DNA of 62,801 nt, filler included, from Octopus bimaculoides (taxonomy: Eukaryota), in NCBI RefSeq assembly GCF_001194135.2. It is 3 parts of 3 records of this genome, joined end to end, with 100 filler letters (N's around TTAATTAATTAA, not from the genome) between each part and the next. Parts side by side here need not be neighbours in the genome. Positions count along the whole stretch, not along the records: positions 1 to 30,518 come from NC_068992.1; 2 more parts are not named here. One strand, 5' to 3'. The notes beneath the pieces are model-generated. The model was given only the letters and a program-made list of their open reading frames with translations. It had not been told where the DNA came from and made no database searches. The first letter of the stretch is position 1. Each line of letters starts with the position of its first letter. Both the position numbers and the translations under genes were made by a program. Shown in pieces: positions 13,163 to 27,199 of this stretch.

Positions 13163-13269
13163 TCTAGCAATGAGATGACAAGGATATAAAAGTGGTGACA
13201 AGATATTCCAAATTTGTGTTGGACGTTAAAATTTTATTTTTGGTATGAAATCAAAGAAAAAATCATTAA

Positions 13270-15610
13270 CATAGAAGATTTATTGGCTTGCATGGTGCAG
13301 TTGCAACAATAACAGCAACTACAACAATAGCAACAGTTACTGGAAGTAATGATAAAGTCTGAAAATACTTCAGGTTCATTCTCGTCAGACGGTGTAGCAC
13401 ACTCAGTGGAAGAATTTATTTATAAATCAGAAGAACGTACTACTTTGCCTGCATATTTTAGAAAATACAAAGAAATCATCAAAGAAGAATGTAAAAATTG
13501 AAATGATGAAAAGGTGCAACTACTTTTAAGAAAGTTATCCCCTGCCGAACACAAAAAATGCTGTAATTATGTTCTGCCAAAGAAACCAGTTGAGATTTGT
13601 TTCGATGAAACAATTAAGTTGTTATTTAGAATTTTCAATGAAAGCAGTTCCCTGTTCAATACTTGTTGGCAGTGTTTAAATTTGGTTAAAAAAGATGATG
13701 AAGATTTTGTCACCTATGAGGGGGATAAGAAAAATATAGGAAAAAGGAAAAACAAATGTCAAGATCAAATGCATGCTATGGGTATGGAGGTTTACAATTT
13801 AGAAGTAATTCTCCTTTAAAAAATCGTAAATGTTTTGAGTGCGGAAAAATTGGACACAAAAGCTCACATTGTATAGCAAAACATAAAAAAAGTTCAAACA
13901 AAAAAATTGTAGAAAGAATGCACAGTTAACAAAAATTCTAAACGAGGCTCAGAAAAGAAAATTTGTGTCCATAAAAATAAATAATGTGAATATCAAATTA
14001 CAGTTAGATACAAGCAGTGATATGATAATTAATACAGATGCATGGAGAAAAATAGGGAAACCTAGATTAAAGGAAACTTTGAAAATGGCACAATGTGCCA
14101 TATAATTACCCATTACTAAGTCCAGAGGAAATTTTCACAAAGTTCAATGGAGGAAACTTTTTTTCAAAGTTAGACCTATCTGAAGCATATTTGCAGTTAA
14201 AAGTCGATGAGGAATGTTCAAAATTATGGACAATAAATACCCATAAAGGGTTATATGAATTTAATCGTCTTCCCTTTGGTATAAAGGTAACACTTGGCAT
14301 TTTCCAAGTTATGGACATTATGCTTGCAGGTTCAGATTTTTCTGTAGCTTACCTTGATGATATTCTCATAAAAAGAGAATTTCAGGGTCAGCATGCTGAG
14401 CATGTTAAAAAGGTCTTTGAAAGAATAAAAGATTATGGGTTTAAGCTCAACGAGGAAAAGTGTGAATTTTTTATGCCAAGAATAAAATATCTAGGGTAGA
14501 TTATGGATGAAAATGGATTCAGACAAGACCTGTCTAGGATGAGTGCAATAAAAAATATGTCTCCCCCAACAAACATTACAACATTACAAGCATTTTTGGG
14601 GCTCACAGATTACTACCAGGTATACATACCGAATATGTATGATTTAAGAGCACCATTGAATAACTTGTTAAAAAGAGACATTAACTGGAACTGGCCGGAC
14701 AAATGCCAAAAAGCTTTTGAAGAAATTAAAAACGTCTTAACATCGAAATTGTTGTTACCATATTTTGACCCGAATTTAGAAATAGTAGTGGCAGCAGACG
14801 CTAGTGAAAGAGGTATTGGAGCTGTGATCTTACACAAATACGAAGATGGTAGCCTGAAAGCAGTAGCTCATGCTCCACATTCATTATTGTCAGCTGAGAA
14901 AAGTTACAGTCAAATATGATAGCCATCATATTTGTGGTAAAAAAATTCCATAAATTTATACATTGATGAAGGTTCTGTCTGCAGACAGACCACCACACAT
15001 TATTGTCAATCTATGGATCAAAAAAGGGTATCCCCACACATTCAGCCCACAGATTGCAGCACTGGGGGACAATCCTACTGAACTACAACTTCAAAATGGA
15101 GTATTTGCCATCAAAAATATTGGGATGCACAGATGGTTTGTCAAGGTTAATACCAAAATACAATGAACCATTAGAAGACAAAGTGATAGCAGCGTTTAAA
15201 GCCGAAAATGAAATAAAAAATATATTGTGCAATTTTGTGCGTGAATTGCCAGTGACATTGGAGGAAACAAAAATTAAGGCAGAGACAGACGAGTTTATCA
15301 TAAAAATGAAAAAAATAGTGAAATCAGAAGAAACAGATAAAAAAAAAATACTTGTGGCAAATTTGTATTTGATATGTGATAATGTGCTTGTATATGCACA
15401 GAGGGTCATAATGCCTACAAGATTGAATGTTAAAGGAATTCCACACTGGACATCCAGGAATTTCTAGGATGAAGTCACTTATGAGGAGTTATGTTTATTG
15501 ACCAAAAATGGATTTAGTTATTGAGAAATTGGTAAAATCCTGCAGAGGTCGTGCTCTTGCAGTGAAATCACCACCTATAAAATTTCAACCTTGGCCCAAA
15601 ACCGATATTA
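13270..15610 (+). pseudogene. Ty3/Gypsy gag-pol relic (K02A2.6-like), many stops, frameshifts and deletions; truncated in integrase
   Basis: Gag LLLRKLSPAEH...; zinc knuckle CFECGKIGHKSSHC; protease LDTSSD; RT FSKLDLSEAYLQ...RLPFG...YLDDILI; RNase H VAADASERGIGAV...YSQI; start of integrase MKSLMRSYVY*P. Confidence 0.92.
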
Positions 15611-16029
15611 TATGCAAAAACCAACTTAACGAATTTTTCATTTAAAATACAATTTGAACGAAGTTTAAGGTTAAAATAATAAAGATAGGATTAGCACATA
15701 TCTAAATGATGCAATAGTTTAAGCTAGAATATTTTAGACTAAAAACGTTTATTTAAAAGAAGTCCAATGAAAATATTGCGTAAAGAATAGGAATGGAAAT
15801 AAAAATATGAATGAAAATATTATTATGAATGAAAGATTAAATTTTATATAACTTGAGTCATAATAAAACAATTAACGATATTGTATAATCAAAGAAATTA
15901 AATAAAAATACAAGCTATTTATCGCATAAAATAGAAAGAAATATTAAACAGTATTAATGGAAAATATTTCAACCCTAATCAAATCGAAGTCTTAGTTTAG
16001 GCTAAAATGATACTCTTACTTCTAAATAA

Positions 16030-16125
16030 TTTAGTGTTAAATAAGACACTTGCCTAAGGTGCCACTCAATGGGACTGAAACTGGAATGATGTGATCGGGA
16101 AGCAAACTTCTTACCACACAGCTAT
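16030..16125 (-). mobile_element. SINE B head fragment
   Basis: aagacacttgcctaaggtgccac...gggactgaaac...aagcaaacttcttaccacacagc. Confidence 0.65.
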
Positions 16126-16178
16126 GTTTACTATGGACTTCCCATAATGTACAGCAACTGGCCAGAGTTAGCTTAAGT

Positions 16179-16697
16179 GCACATACACACATGTGCCCCG
16201 ACGAATTTCTTTCCTCAAAATTTTCAGAAACATGGATATCTTTTAATGTAATTTTCTCTGAAAATGCTTCAGATGGTGTAGATATGGTATAGATTTTAAT
16301 TATATTGGAATTTGTTGTGATTATAAATTTTTCAAAGACAAAATAGTGTGATGAGTGTCAGTATGTAAGTGTGCCCTCGCACTCATTTTTAGTTGCATGT
16401 TAAATCCTGGATATAATGGTAATCTACACACTTTGAAAGGTATTTGTCGAAATCTTCATTCAAAAATACCTATTTCTCTAAAAGTTATGAGGAAACAGAG
16501 CTGGCCTATATAAAATTTCTGAATCACCTCTCACCATGCTGAATACATTTTTGTTTTTACAATAAATTCAGATATAATCAGAATTACCACCATCTGAAGC
16601 ATATTTATTTAAAATTTCATTAAAAAATATACATTTTTATGGAAGTTATGATGAAAGAAAGTTGGAAAGTTGATGGGGCATATTTGTGTATATATGC
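16179..16697. mobile_element. Fold-back MITE with ~100-bp imperfect inverted arms
   Basis: 16179-16282 (tgcccc...tttctttcctca...ttttaatg...atgcttcagatggtg) is inverted at about 16585-16697 (caccatctgaagcat...cattaaaa...gaaagaaag...ggggca). A related fragment flanks the CR1 at 51065-51550. Confidence 0.6.
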
Positions 16698-17169
16698 CTA
16701 TTGCTTTAACAGAAATAATACTAACATTACATTGCCATTATATACCTACTCGCTTCATTTTCATTTTGCATGTAACAATATTTAATTATATAACTTCATG
16801 TTATATATAAACAAAAAATATACTTCTTTCATTTAGTTTGCATCAAAAGAGTGTTGAGAATGTGAATGACTCGGGTTCAATTTTTGATGATACATAGACA
16901 TAGATAGGATAACTGTATTTATGATGAAGTTGTGTTTAGTAACAAATACTAACTGTATTAATAAGCACTGTAATGTGTGTGTGTGTGTACGTTTATATTA
17001 ACATTTATCAGCAGTATTAAGGTAGTAGCTTTTCATTGCTTTATAAATGCATGTTCTTTTAGCATAATTGCATTTCATCTTATAGTTCTACTTTACATTT
17101 TCCTTTATTGATGTTAGAATTATTGCATGTTGCATGTTTTGCCAGCAGCCTTCCCACATGCATACCATA

Positions 17170-17340
17170 TATATATATATGATTGACTTCTAGTTTCCTT
17201 CAACCAAATCCACTCACAAAACTTTGACTGGCCCTGAAGCCATAACCTTAGATGACACAAGGTGCAGCACAGTGGGAATGAACCTAAGACTGCAAAGCAA
17301 TTGTTGAGAAGCAATCATAATAATAACACAGCCACAAAGT
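17170..17340 (-). mobile_element. SINE B head fragment
   Basis: ccaaatccactcacaaaactttg...caaggtgcagcacagtgggaatgaacc. Confidence 0.55.
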
Positions 17341-17482
17341 ATTTTAAACACAAAGAAGAAAATAGAAAACCAAAACACTGCAAGTACCAAAACTGTACAG
17401 AGCTACACTCATTAGGGCAACGAGAGCATGCAATAAATACAAGATCACTTTACAGTAATGATGACATTGTTGCAAGTTATAT

Positions 17483-18140
17483 TTGGCAGAATCATTAGCA
17501 TGCCTGGCAAAATGCTTAGTAGCATTTTGTCCATGTTTACATTTTGAGTTCAAATTCCTCAGAGGATGATTTTAACTTTCATCCTTCTGGGGTCAATGAA
17601 ATAAGTAGCAACTGAATTGTTTTAATTGGCTTACCCCTCCTCTGAAATTGCTGGCCTTGTGCCAAAATTCGACACATTTATTATTATTATTATTATTTTA
17701 TTAGGCAAGCTGGCAGAATTCTTTGCATGTTGGGTTAAACGCTTAGCAGTATTTTGTCCATCTTTACGTTCTGAGTTCAAATTCCGTTGAGGTCGACTAT
17801 GCCTTTCATCCTTTCAGAAGCAACAAGAAAAGTACCAGTCAAGCACTGGGGTTGATGTAATCAGCTATCTGCCTCCCCCAACAGTTTCAGGCTTTTTGCC
17901 TTAAGTAAAAAAGATTATTAAAGCTGTGAGCTTGTAGAACCATTAGCATGCCAGACAAAATGCTTAGCAGCATTTCTTCTGTCTTTATGTTTTGAGTTCA
18001 AATTCTGTAAAGGTCAACTTTATCTCTCATCCTTTTGGGATTGATAAAATGAGCACCAGTTGAGCACTGGGGTCAATTTAAGCAACTAGCTCCCTCCTCC
18101 AAAATTTCAAGCGTTGTGCCTGTAGTTTAAAGGTTATTAC
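17483..18140 (+). mobile_element. Three head-to-tail SINE A copies
   Basis: Heads at about 17483, 17704 and 17921, each starting directly after the previous (ATT)n tail. Confidence 0.85.
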
Positions 18141-18605
18141 AAGTTACATCCCTTTGTTTCTGATGGCATTCATTAATCAGGTAGGTTTAGGAAGAGGAGG
18201 TCATCTGATTATCTTTCTCAGTACAAGAGAACTGACAGAGAACTAGTGAGTTGGTGTTGGAAGAGAGGAAGTGATACTTTGTATGTATGTGTGTTTGTGT
18301 GTCACTGTGTGTGTGTATATCTCTGAAGGTATGTAGCTACAGTTTCTGCATACGTCAGTATGTAATGTATTTGTTAGTGTATGTGTGTATGCTTGCGTAT
18401 ATGTCACAATATTTGCATATGTCAGTATCCATGTATGTGTTTATGTCATAGCATCTGTATATAACAATATGCATATGCGTTTGTCATTGAGTGTGTGTGT
18501 GTGTGTGTGTGTTCAGGCATGCTCACGTGGATATGTTTAAATGTACTTGTATGTGTGTATGTGTCCAATTGTCAAATGTCAAATAAAAATGTGTGTGTGT
18601 ATATT

Positions 18606-18640
<35 letters not shown>

Positions 18641-19279
18641 ATATATATATATATAGATAGACAGACAGACAGATAGTGTCATGTATTTGTAAGTAAATGT
18701 ATGTGTTTTGTGAATATCAGCATGTATTTGTGTGTGTGTTTGTTTGTTTGTTTGTTTGTGTGTGTGTGTGTGTGCTCGCATTCACACACGTGTGTGTTTG
18801 TATATGTGCGACATTAACAAACCATAGCGAGGCAGTTGGACAGCCCTGACAACTAAGTGCTATGGGATGCTGTGAAACTATGCATATCCTATTTTCAGTT
18901 AATAGTAATGGCACTTAATCTGATGACATACAGCTAAATATACAATCACTACCATCACTAAAATTACCATCACAGCTAACCCCACCGCCACTACCATCAC
19001 CATTATCACACCATCAACACCACCACCATCAACAACACCACCATCACCACTATCACCTACTACCACCACAAACTTGTATACAACTCCACCCACCAACCTA
19101 GCATAAAACAAATAAGCCACTGCTTGTGAAAAGGCAACAAATAAAAACCAAATATGTAATCACCATCTAATTATAATTAACTATAAATAGCAGCACAGAA
19201 AACAGCAACCTGAAATTTGGGCAAATGAATATTTTATAAACTGTGAGTGTGTGACATTTCACTTTTCTAGTTTTGATTC

Positions 19280-19640
19280 CAACAGCCAGCTTGTTGCTAT
19301 CACAACTAATAATATACCGACCACCCACTACCACTACCACACAATTAATATACCACCCAACCACCCATTACCACTTTGTTGCTATTGCAATTAATATATC
19401 AGCTACCAGTCTGTTGCTATTGTAACATTAACCACCAGAATGCTGCTATTGCTGCCACAATTCCAACCATCAGCCACCAACTACCAGCTAGTTGCTAACT
19501 AACATACCACCCACCAACCACCAATCTGTTGCTACCACAACTAATATATTAATCACCAGCTTGTTGCTAATGCAATTAATATGCCAACCATCCGCCACTA
19601 ACCACCAACAGCCTGCTTGGTGCTATCACAAATGTACAAA
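19280..19640. repeat. Degenerate minisatellite, core ccagcttgttgcta(t)(c/t)(a/g)caa
   Basis: About 8 imperfect copies at 30-90 bp spacing in an ACC-rich background. Confidence 0.6.
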
Positions 19641-19683
19641 CATACAAACATTCATACATATATACATGCATACATACATACAT

Positions 19684-20084
19684 GATAGCCGTCCACTCGT
19701 GACCGAGGAAGACCATTGCTGACCTTCAGGAACATTGTGTGCTCTAGGACTAACTTATATTTTGCATTTGCGGCTCCGTTGGTGGCTAATGAGCCCTGCT
19801 CTTGACAAGCATACATGACTGCAAACATTGCAGACCAAGCTTTCCCCATTCACTATATGAGCCGTGCACTTTCACGCAGCTCACTTAAGTTCTTCACACT
19901 GGATACATGCTCTCTCAAATGTGTCGATCCCCTCCTTAACCTGCTTCCTCCATCTGTGGCGATGACAGGCATTGTTCTCCCAGTCAGTGTCCCGCATATC
20001 ACAGGCCTTTAATGAGGACTTGACACAGTCCTTAAATCGCAGCCTTGGTTTCTGCCGGAGTCTCCTTCCATTCACAAGTTCTCA
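19684..20084 (-). mobile_element. RTE/BovB-type LINE 3' fragment
   Basis: ELVNGRRLRQKPRLRFKDCVKSSLKACDMRDTDWENNACHRHRWRKQVKEG...CNVCSHVCLSRAGLISHQRS, the typical BovB-like C-terminus with a zinc-finger-like motif. Confidence 0.85.
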
Positions 20085-20279
20085 CAGAGTGATTCAGCAT
20101 GACACAGAATGTGATAAAGCTGGCTATTTGAATTACAAGTATAACTTACTTTTGCCAGCTGAATAGATTGGAGCAATGGGAAATAAAGTGTCTTGCTCAA
20201 GAACACAAAACACCACCTGGAATCAAACTCACGACCTTATGATCAGAAGCCAAATACCCTAACGACAGAGCCTGCACCT
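20078..20279 (-). mobile_element. SINE C 5' half fused to the RTE fragment
   Basis: tRNA head + CORE-like + start of tail 1 up to gagaact, then RTE sequence. Confidence 0.8.
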
Positions 20280-21119
20280 TCTTGCAAAACCAAGTAGAAA
20301 AATTAAATATTCTATGTTTGTCTCTTATTGCCCAGAAATCAAAAGTGACAATGACACCGGGTGTGGGTCAGTGTTTCAGTTTGGATGGGACAGGTCAGAC
20401 TGACACAAGAGAAGAGACTGTTTTGTTATTTCCTACATATTCTTCAAAGATGAAGACAGTTAACTGAAGATGTGGGTGTTGTTATCATTTAATCATTTAT
20501 TTATTTTATTTTCATCTTTTAAATCATGAAAAAGTCTATTGTTTCTACATAATAATTCTTTTCATTTTTTTCTTTTTTTTATAGATTTAACCTTGTTCTG
20601 GTCTAATTTAGTTTAAGAAACAGTTTGGTTTTGACAATTTCTAATTGTAATATCTTACAATCTTCACTTTAGGGCTTCTTTTATTTCTTCCTTTTTTTTT
20701 TACTTTTATTCTGAGGTTTTTTTGTCTGAGTTTTTTTTTTGCATCTTTTTGGTTAATTTTCTTATCTTTAGATTCCTTCCCCATTCTCAGTCTCTGTTTT
20801 GTTTTGCTCATCTATAGAAAATAAATGTCTTTCTTCTTCGGTGTATTACATACAATCCATTTTATTCTCACTGATCACTGCAGCAAAAACACAAAGAAGT
20901 GATATGCAAAATTTACCTGATTCAATATTATTCAAAGAATAGAATTCAAACTGCTGCTGCTGCTACTGCCATTACCATTGCTGCTGCTGCTACTACTGCT
21001 ATTGCTCCTAGTGGTAGTAGCAGCAGTGGTGGTGATAGTAGTGGTGGATGGTATATATGCTTTCATTTCATTGCTTCTGTTGCTGTCTCTCCAGCATCTT
21101 TCATGTTAATGAATTGCCT

Positions 21120-21285
21120 TGCATTTCTTCCAACTCTTTATGTTCTGAGTTCAAACCTAGCCAGGGTCAACTTTGCCTTTCATCCTTTTCAGTGTCAATA
21201 AAAAAAGAAATCATCAAGAACTAGGCTGGTGTCAATGGTATCAACTGATCCCATTTCTTCAAGATTTCTGGTCTTGTGCCTAAAC
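21120..21285 (+). mobile_element. SINE A partial
   Basis: tttatgttctgagttcaaacc...gtcaactttgcctttcatcctttt. Confidence 0.65.
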
Positions 21286-21529
21286 TGGAAGCCATTATTA
21301 TGCCTCACAAAATATCATTTTTAGACACTGCGTATGATGATATGACTTCCTTTTATTATGACCTCAAATTATTGGAGCTCTCTCTCTCTCTCTCATCCTC
21401 TTTCTCTTTCACTCTCTCACTCACTGGCTTGCTTCTGGCCATCTGTAACTTTTTTAAACTGATACATTCTAACAACCAAGCATCCACTGTTCTGGGATTT
21501 AAACTCTTTCAGTTCTGAATAGAATGTAT

Positions 21530-21790
21530 TCATCATCATCATTGTCGTCATTGTCATCGTCATCTTCATCATCATCATCATTTTTTAACGTCCATCTTCC
21601 ATGTTGGTATGGCTTGGATAGTTTAACATGATCCAACACATCCAGTGACTGTATTGTACTCCAGCTGGATGCCCTTCCAAACATAACTGCTTTGCATTGT
21701 GTACAGGGTGCTTTTTCTTTCATGGCACCAGCACTAGTGAGGTAGCCATGTACCTTACAAGACTAAGATTCCCTTTGACTGAGTGAGACA
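21530..21790 (-). mobile_element. RTE 3' UTR with (GAT)n tail
   Basis: tttaacgtccatcttccatgttggtatgg...ccagctggatgcccttcc. Confidence 0.65.
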
Positions 21791-22789
21791 ACAATAGAGA
21801 AGAAAGTGGCTCAGTACTAGAAGATGAGGGGTTAAAGTATGAAAGAATAAATAATACATTATCTATTTTCTTCTCAAAATGACTATTTTATTTTATTTGT
21901 TCAACATATAATAAACTCTTTTCTGACCCCAGTTTACAATATAATTTCTAATTTTGCTATTCATATTTTGTAGTTCATCACACTTTTCAGAAAACATTAG
22001 GACATTACTTTAATTTTCTTTATTTTTGTTGTTTTGTCTTTCATCAGTTTTTATTCTATACAGACGACACTCACTCTCAATGGCATGTTCCACATCATTA
22101 AATAAAATACAAGCATATTGAAAAATAAATAATTAAGGTAAAAAAAAAACATTGATTGTATTATTATTATTTTTCGTTTCTGTAGAAAAATAATTTCCTA
22201 TTCAGGAAGAAAATGTTGAATTTTTTTGAAAGAGTATTATTTGTCTTGCAATCAACAAGGAAGATATCAACACTATCTGATAAATAAATAAATAAATAAA
22301 TAAATAGAGAGAGAGAGAAAGAACGGGAAAGAAAGACAGAAAGGAAGGAAGAAAGAAAGAGATGAAAGAGAAAGACAGATAGTGAGAGTCACTAAAGGAT
22401 TTTACAGTTCTATGGAGTTAGTTTACATTTAACATGGAATTCCAGTCTTTGGAATTGTACAATTCAATTATAGTCAAATATAATGAGAGAGAGAGAGAGG
22501 GTGGGGGGAGAAGAAGAAGAAGAAGAAGAGGAGGAGGAGGAGGAGGAAGAAAGATAAAATATTTTGTTTTGTCTTACAAATTTTTAATCATATAACTCGT
22601 AAATTTGATTTTATTGAACAGATGAAATTGTAATCTGGTTTGAAATTCAAGAAAGAAAGTCTGTGGAATAATTTTGGAAAACATTTTGACCTTAAAATAA
22701 AATATAAAATGAGACAGCATGTGTTGATGTATAAATAATATTATTAGCCTTGTGGCAAGCAAACATTGCTGATTTGGCTCCTTACACAG

Positions 22790-22798
22790 TCGTCGTCG

Positions 22799-22837
<39 letters not shown>

Positions 22838-22856
22838 CCATCACCATTACCACCAC

Positions 22857-22894
<38 letters not shown>

Positions 22895-22899
22895 CCACC

Positions 22900-22933
<34 letters not shown>

Positions 22934-22938
22934 TCATC

Positions 22939-22995
<57 letters not shown>
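22790..22995. repeat. Compound microsatellite (CGT)(CAT)(CAC)(ATT)
   Basis: Direct reading. Confidence 0.9.
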
Positions 22996-23852
<857 letters not shown>

Positions 23853-24857
23853 AACATATACACTCAACAGATTAGACTGTTGGAAAAGAAAACATCCTAA
23901 CATCGGGCTACAAGTAACCTTAGATGTCAAGAACCCTCTAAAGTATCCTAGCTGTCCCTAATAACCCTAGTTTCTGGAGCTGTACTAAACTGGGTTTTAT
24001 GCCTAATCCTCTATCCATCTGCTCAGATCTTTAGGGATAGTTCCCAATGTACCTATAACTACTGGGATACATTTTACTGGCACTTTCCATAGTCTCTGTA
24101 ATTCAATAGCTAGGTCCTGATACTTTGTTATTTTTTCTATACTTCTCATAATAAGGTTTTCATCATTTGGGACTGTAAAGTCAATTATCTGGCACTTTCT
24201 ATTCTCTTTACTACTACTACTACTACTAAATCAGGTCTTCTAGCTTCTATTATTCTGTCAGTCTGAATGATAAAGTCCCGCAACGTCTTGTATTTCTTAC
24301 TTTCTAGTACTTTACTAGGTTCATATTTATACCATTTATCAGTATGTTCAAATCCTTGCTTTCTACATAGCTCCCAGTGGATTACTCTCTCTAGGTTGTT
24401 ATTTCTTTTCTTGTATTCTTTTTATGCCAATATGCTGCATTCACTTACTATATGAGTAACACTTCTCTCTTTTGATTTGCATAATTTACATTGGGAATCT
24501 AGCTACTAACAAACTTTTTGTCTTGCTCTTCAGCTTTCCTTTCTGCAACCATAACCATGTCTCACCACTACTATTTGCTGCAACTATCTTTGGGAATCTA
24601 CCATGCAAAGGCTTCTCCTGCCAGTCAGATAATTTCTGTTCTTTTTTCTGGTTTTCAACTTTGTTTGGGTTTTTGGTTTCCCTATGTCTTGCTGTGATTC
24701 TAACAGCTTTTAATAAACTTTCTTCACTATTACCTACATAGGAGTTTATATCTATTCTGGCTAACTCCACACAGTCTTCTTTTGATATTAACTCTCTTCC
24801 ACCTTCCTTTCTAGATAAGTATAATCTTGCCCTCTGTTGAAGGGTCTTTATACATGA
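23853..24857 (-). mobile_element. R4/Dong-clade non-LTR retrotransposon, 5'-truncated, restriction-like endonuclease region
   Basis: RLYLSRKEGGRELIS...LHGRF...WLQKGKLK; CCHC CKLCKSKERSVTHIVSEC; RLE RRPDLVVV...IIDFTVP...KITKYQDLAIELQRLWKV...IPVVIGTLGTIP. Stop at 23920-23922, ~70-nt 3' UTR, (AAT)n end. Confidence 0.88.
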
Positions 24858-25050
24858 TGACCTTGCTGGTGCCCTGTGAAAAGTAACCAGTATATTCTGT
24901 AAAGTGCTTAGTGTTAGGAAGGGCATCCAGCTGCAGAAACCATGTCAAAGTAGATAAAAGAGCTTGGCATAGTCTTCTGGTCTGCTGGCTCCTGTCAAAC
25001 CATACAACCCAGGCCAGCATGGAAAATGGACACTAAATGATGAAGATGTT
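24858..25050 (+). mobile_element. RTE 3' UTR
   Basis: gttaggaagggcatccagctg...ccagcatggaaaatggacactaaatgatgaagatg. Confidence 0.65.
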
Positions 25051-26002
25051 TTATTTTATTATGGTGGAACTTAAAGCAGATAAAGCTATACAAAATAGCA
25101 TGTGGAATATTGGGTTAAAAAAACCTCTTGGACAGGAAATTTTTCTTTGCTTAAAACATATGTACTATCATTATACCAAAGCAAGTCTTCTGAATTTTCT
25201 CTATATTTTAGAAACTTTGTTTTTACGTGTGAGAACAGTAGTTCACTTACAATATAAGAGCTTTAAATTTTATTTCAGAAACCTTGATATGAAGTGTATC
25301 ACCTTACAGTTGGAACTTGAAGTAGATAAAGCTTTGGACAACAAAATGGAAAATATTGGGTTAAAAAATACCCTATGACAGAAAAAAGCTGTTATTGAAG
25401 AAGACAACATTGCATAACCTCATTGAAGGATTGTTTTTGTGCTCATGAATTTGGTACAGTTTTTGTGTAACACACTTTCTTCCTTGTCCTCCATGCAGCC
25501 ACCTCATCAAGCTGAGTGCAGTTATATCCACACTAATCATTGTTTTAACCATTCACAGAAGTTACTGACCAATACACTCTAACCTAAACGCCAGACCACA
25601 AATATTTTGCCTCCCCATATTCTCTAATATGACTACAGTAGTTTCTCAGATGCTGATCTAGTGACCTCAACTAAAGTACTCTTGACTCACTCCTCACTGA
25701 TATTGTCTACCCTCACTTGTTAATATGCACTTGTCCAACCTACTAGAAATAAATTCCATCAAACCACATCCTACTGTCCTAAGAAAAGGAATGAAACACT
25801 CGCTGATTTTGATTACAGTTCTGCTCAACCAGAGCTGTTCTGGGACTAAAAACAATCACAATGTCCACTCAATATCTGCCATCTCTAAATCCCTTCCTGC
25901 AGCCTTCAACATGCAACTATTTATAAGGAACATTAACTGTATTGATCTCACTAACCTCAGAGGACCTGCAAATGTCATGGTACAGCCCCTATGTGTAACC
26001 TG

Positions 26003-26674
26003 AACCCATTGGTACCAAATTTCTTTTGAGACACACTGCCTTACCTTCAATTAATTTGAAAATAATAAAGAATTTAGTAAAATAACTTTTGTTATCATTA
26101 GGGTAGTGTTTGGAGCAGAAATTGACATGAAATTTTGATGGAAGATTTCAATTTAGATCATTTTAAAACAGGAGCTTTGTATCCCAGAACCAGTTGCAAT
26201 CTCAGATGAAGTAGAGAACATATATGCTGATAGTATCATACAATATTTAACCCTTTGTTACAGACTTTGAAGAATTTAGTAAAATTGTTTTGACATTATT
26301 AAAGTGGTGTTTGAAACACAAAATGACATGAAATTTTAAAGGAAGATTTTGATTAAGATCATTTCAAAACAGGCTATAAATATCACAGTACCAGGGGCAA
26401 TCTTAGTTTGATTTTTAAAAAATTCTAAAAAATTTTCTCAGGTAAATAAATTTCCAATGACTTCAGCATTTAATACCATATTTCTGTTGGAATAAATTGT
26501 CTTTGTTTCAATTAATTTTGAAAATAATCAAGAATTTAATAAAATACTTTTGTTATCATTAAGTTGATGCTTGGAACATAAATTAACACGAAATTTTGAT
26601 GGAAGGTTTAAATTTAGTTTCTATCATAGAACCAGGAGTGGTGGTCTGAGATGGGTTGGCACCAAAAGGATAAA
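26003..26674 (+). mobile_element. Three tandem copies of a TTAA-CCC-type MITE
   Basis: Repeated gaatttagtaaaata...tgacatgaaattttgatggaag...tagatcattt...agaaccagg. Copy 2 starts ttaaccctttg. Confidence 0.65.
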
Positions 26675-26864
26675 TGAAACTCTTCAGCTGAATCAGAATT
26701 AAAGTACAATCTGTATGATAGGCTGCTAAACAGTTTCATGGGTTGGGGCTGTCATAAAGATACCTGCCCAAGATGTCACAAAGTAGGATTGAAACTAAAA
26801 AAAGTTACTGAGACTGTTAGGGTTGTAACTGTTATTATAGTTTAAGAAATGCTATCCAGATACT

Positions 26865-27000
26865 TAGTTAAGTTGGTTAGTGTTTGGATCATGTTCAGAA
26901 TGTCAGGAGTTCATTTTTTGGACTGAACAGCATGTTGTTTCCTTGAGCAAGGTACTTCATTTCACACTGACCAAGCTGACTCAACTGAGTGTTGGTGCAG
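26865..27000 (+). mobile_element. SINE C-type head/CORE fragment, decayed
   Basis: ttgtttccttgagcaaggtacttcatttcacactg...actcaactg. Confidence 0.45.
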
Positions 27001-27199
27001 CTCTCTCTCTCTCTCTCTCTCTCGATCGTAGTCACATTGTGGTGTGCCACTAGGTCAAAGAGCAGCATAGTCTATTTTTACTCATAATTTGTTAGTGGAT
27101 TGATAATTTCTCATTATTGACTGCTTGATGAGAAATCTGGCTTCACTCTGTACATATTTTAAGCCTGGTTCCTATTCCAGTTTTGGCAGAATCACTACG

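Noticed and set aside
13514-15467. Gypsy ORFs as a functional or domesticated gene
   Set aside because: Multiple in-frame stops, frameshifts, a large protease-RT deletion and a truncated integrase.
20659-20811. Resemblance of KKLRQKNLRIK to the DDX18 N-terminus
   Set aside because: Low-complexity Lys-rich match only. No DEAD-box helicase exons were found elsewhere in the window.
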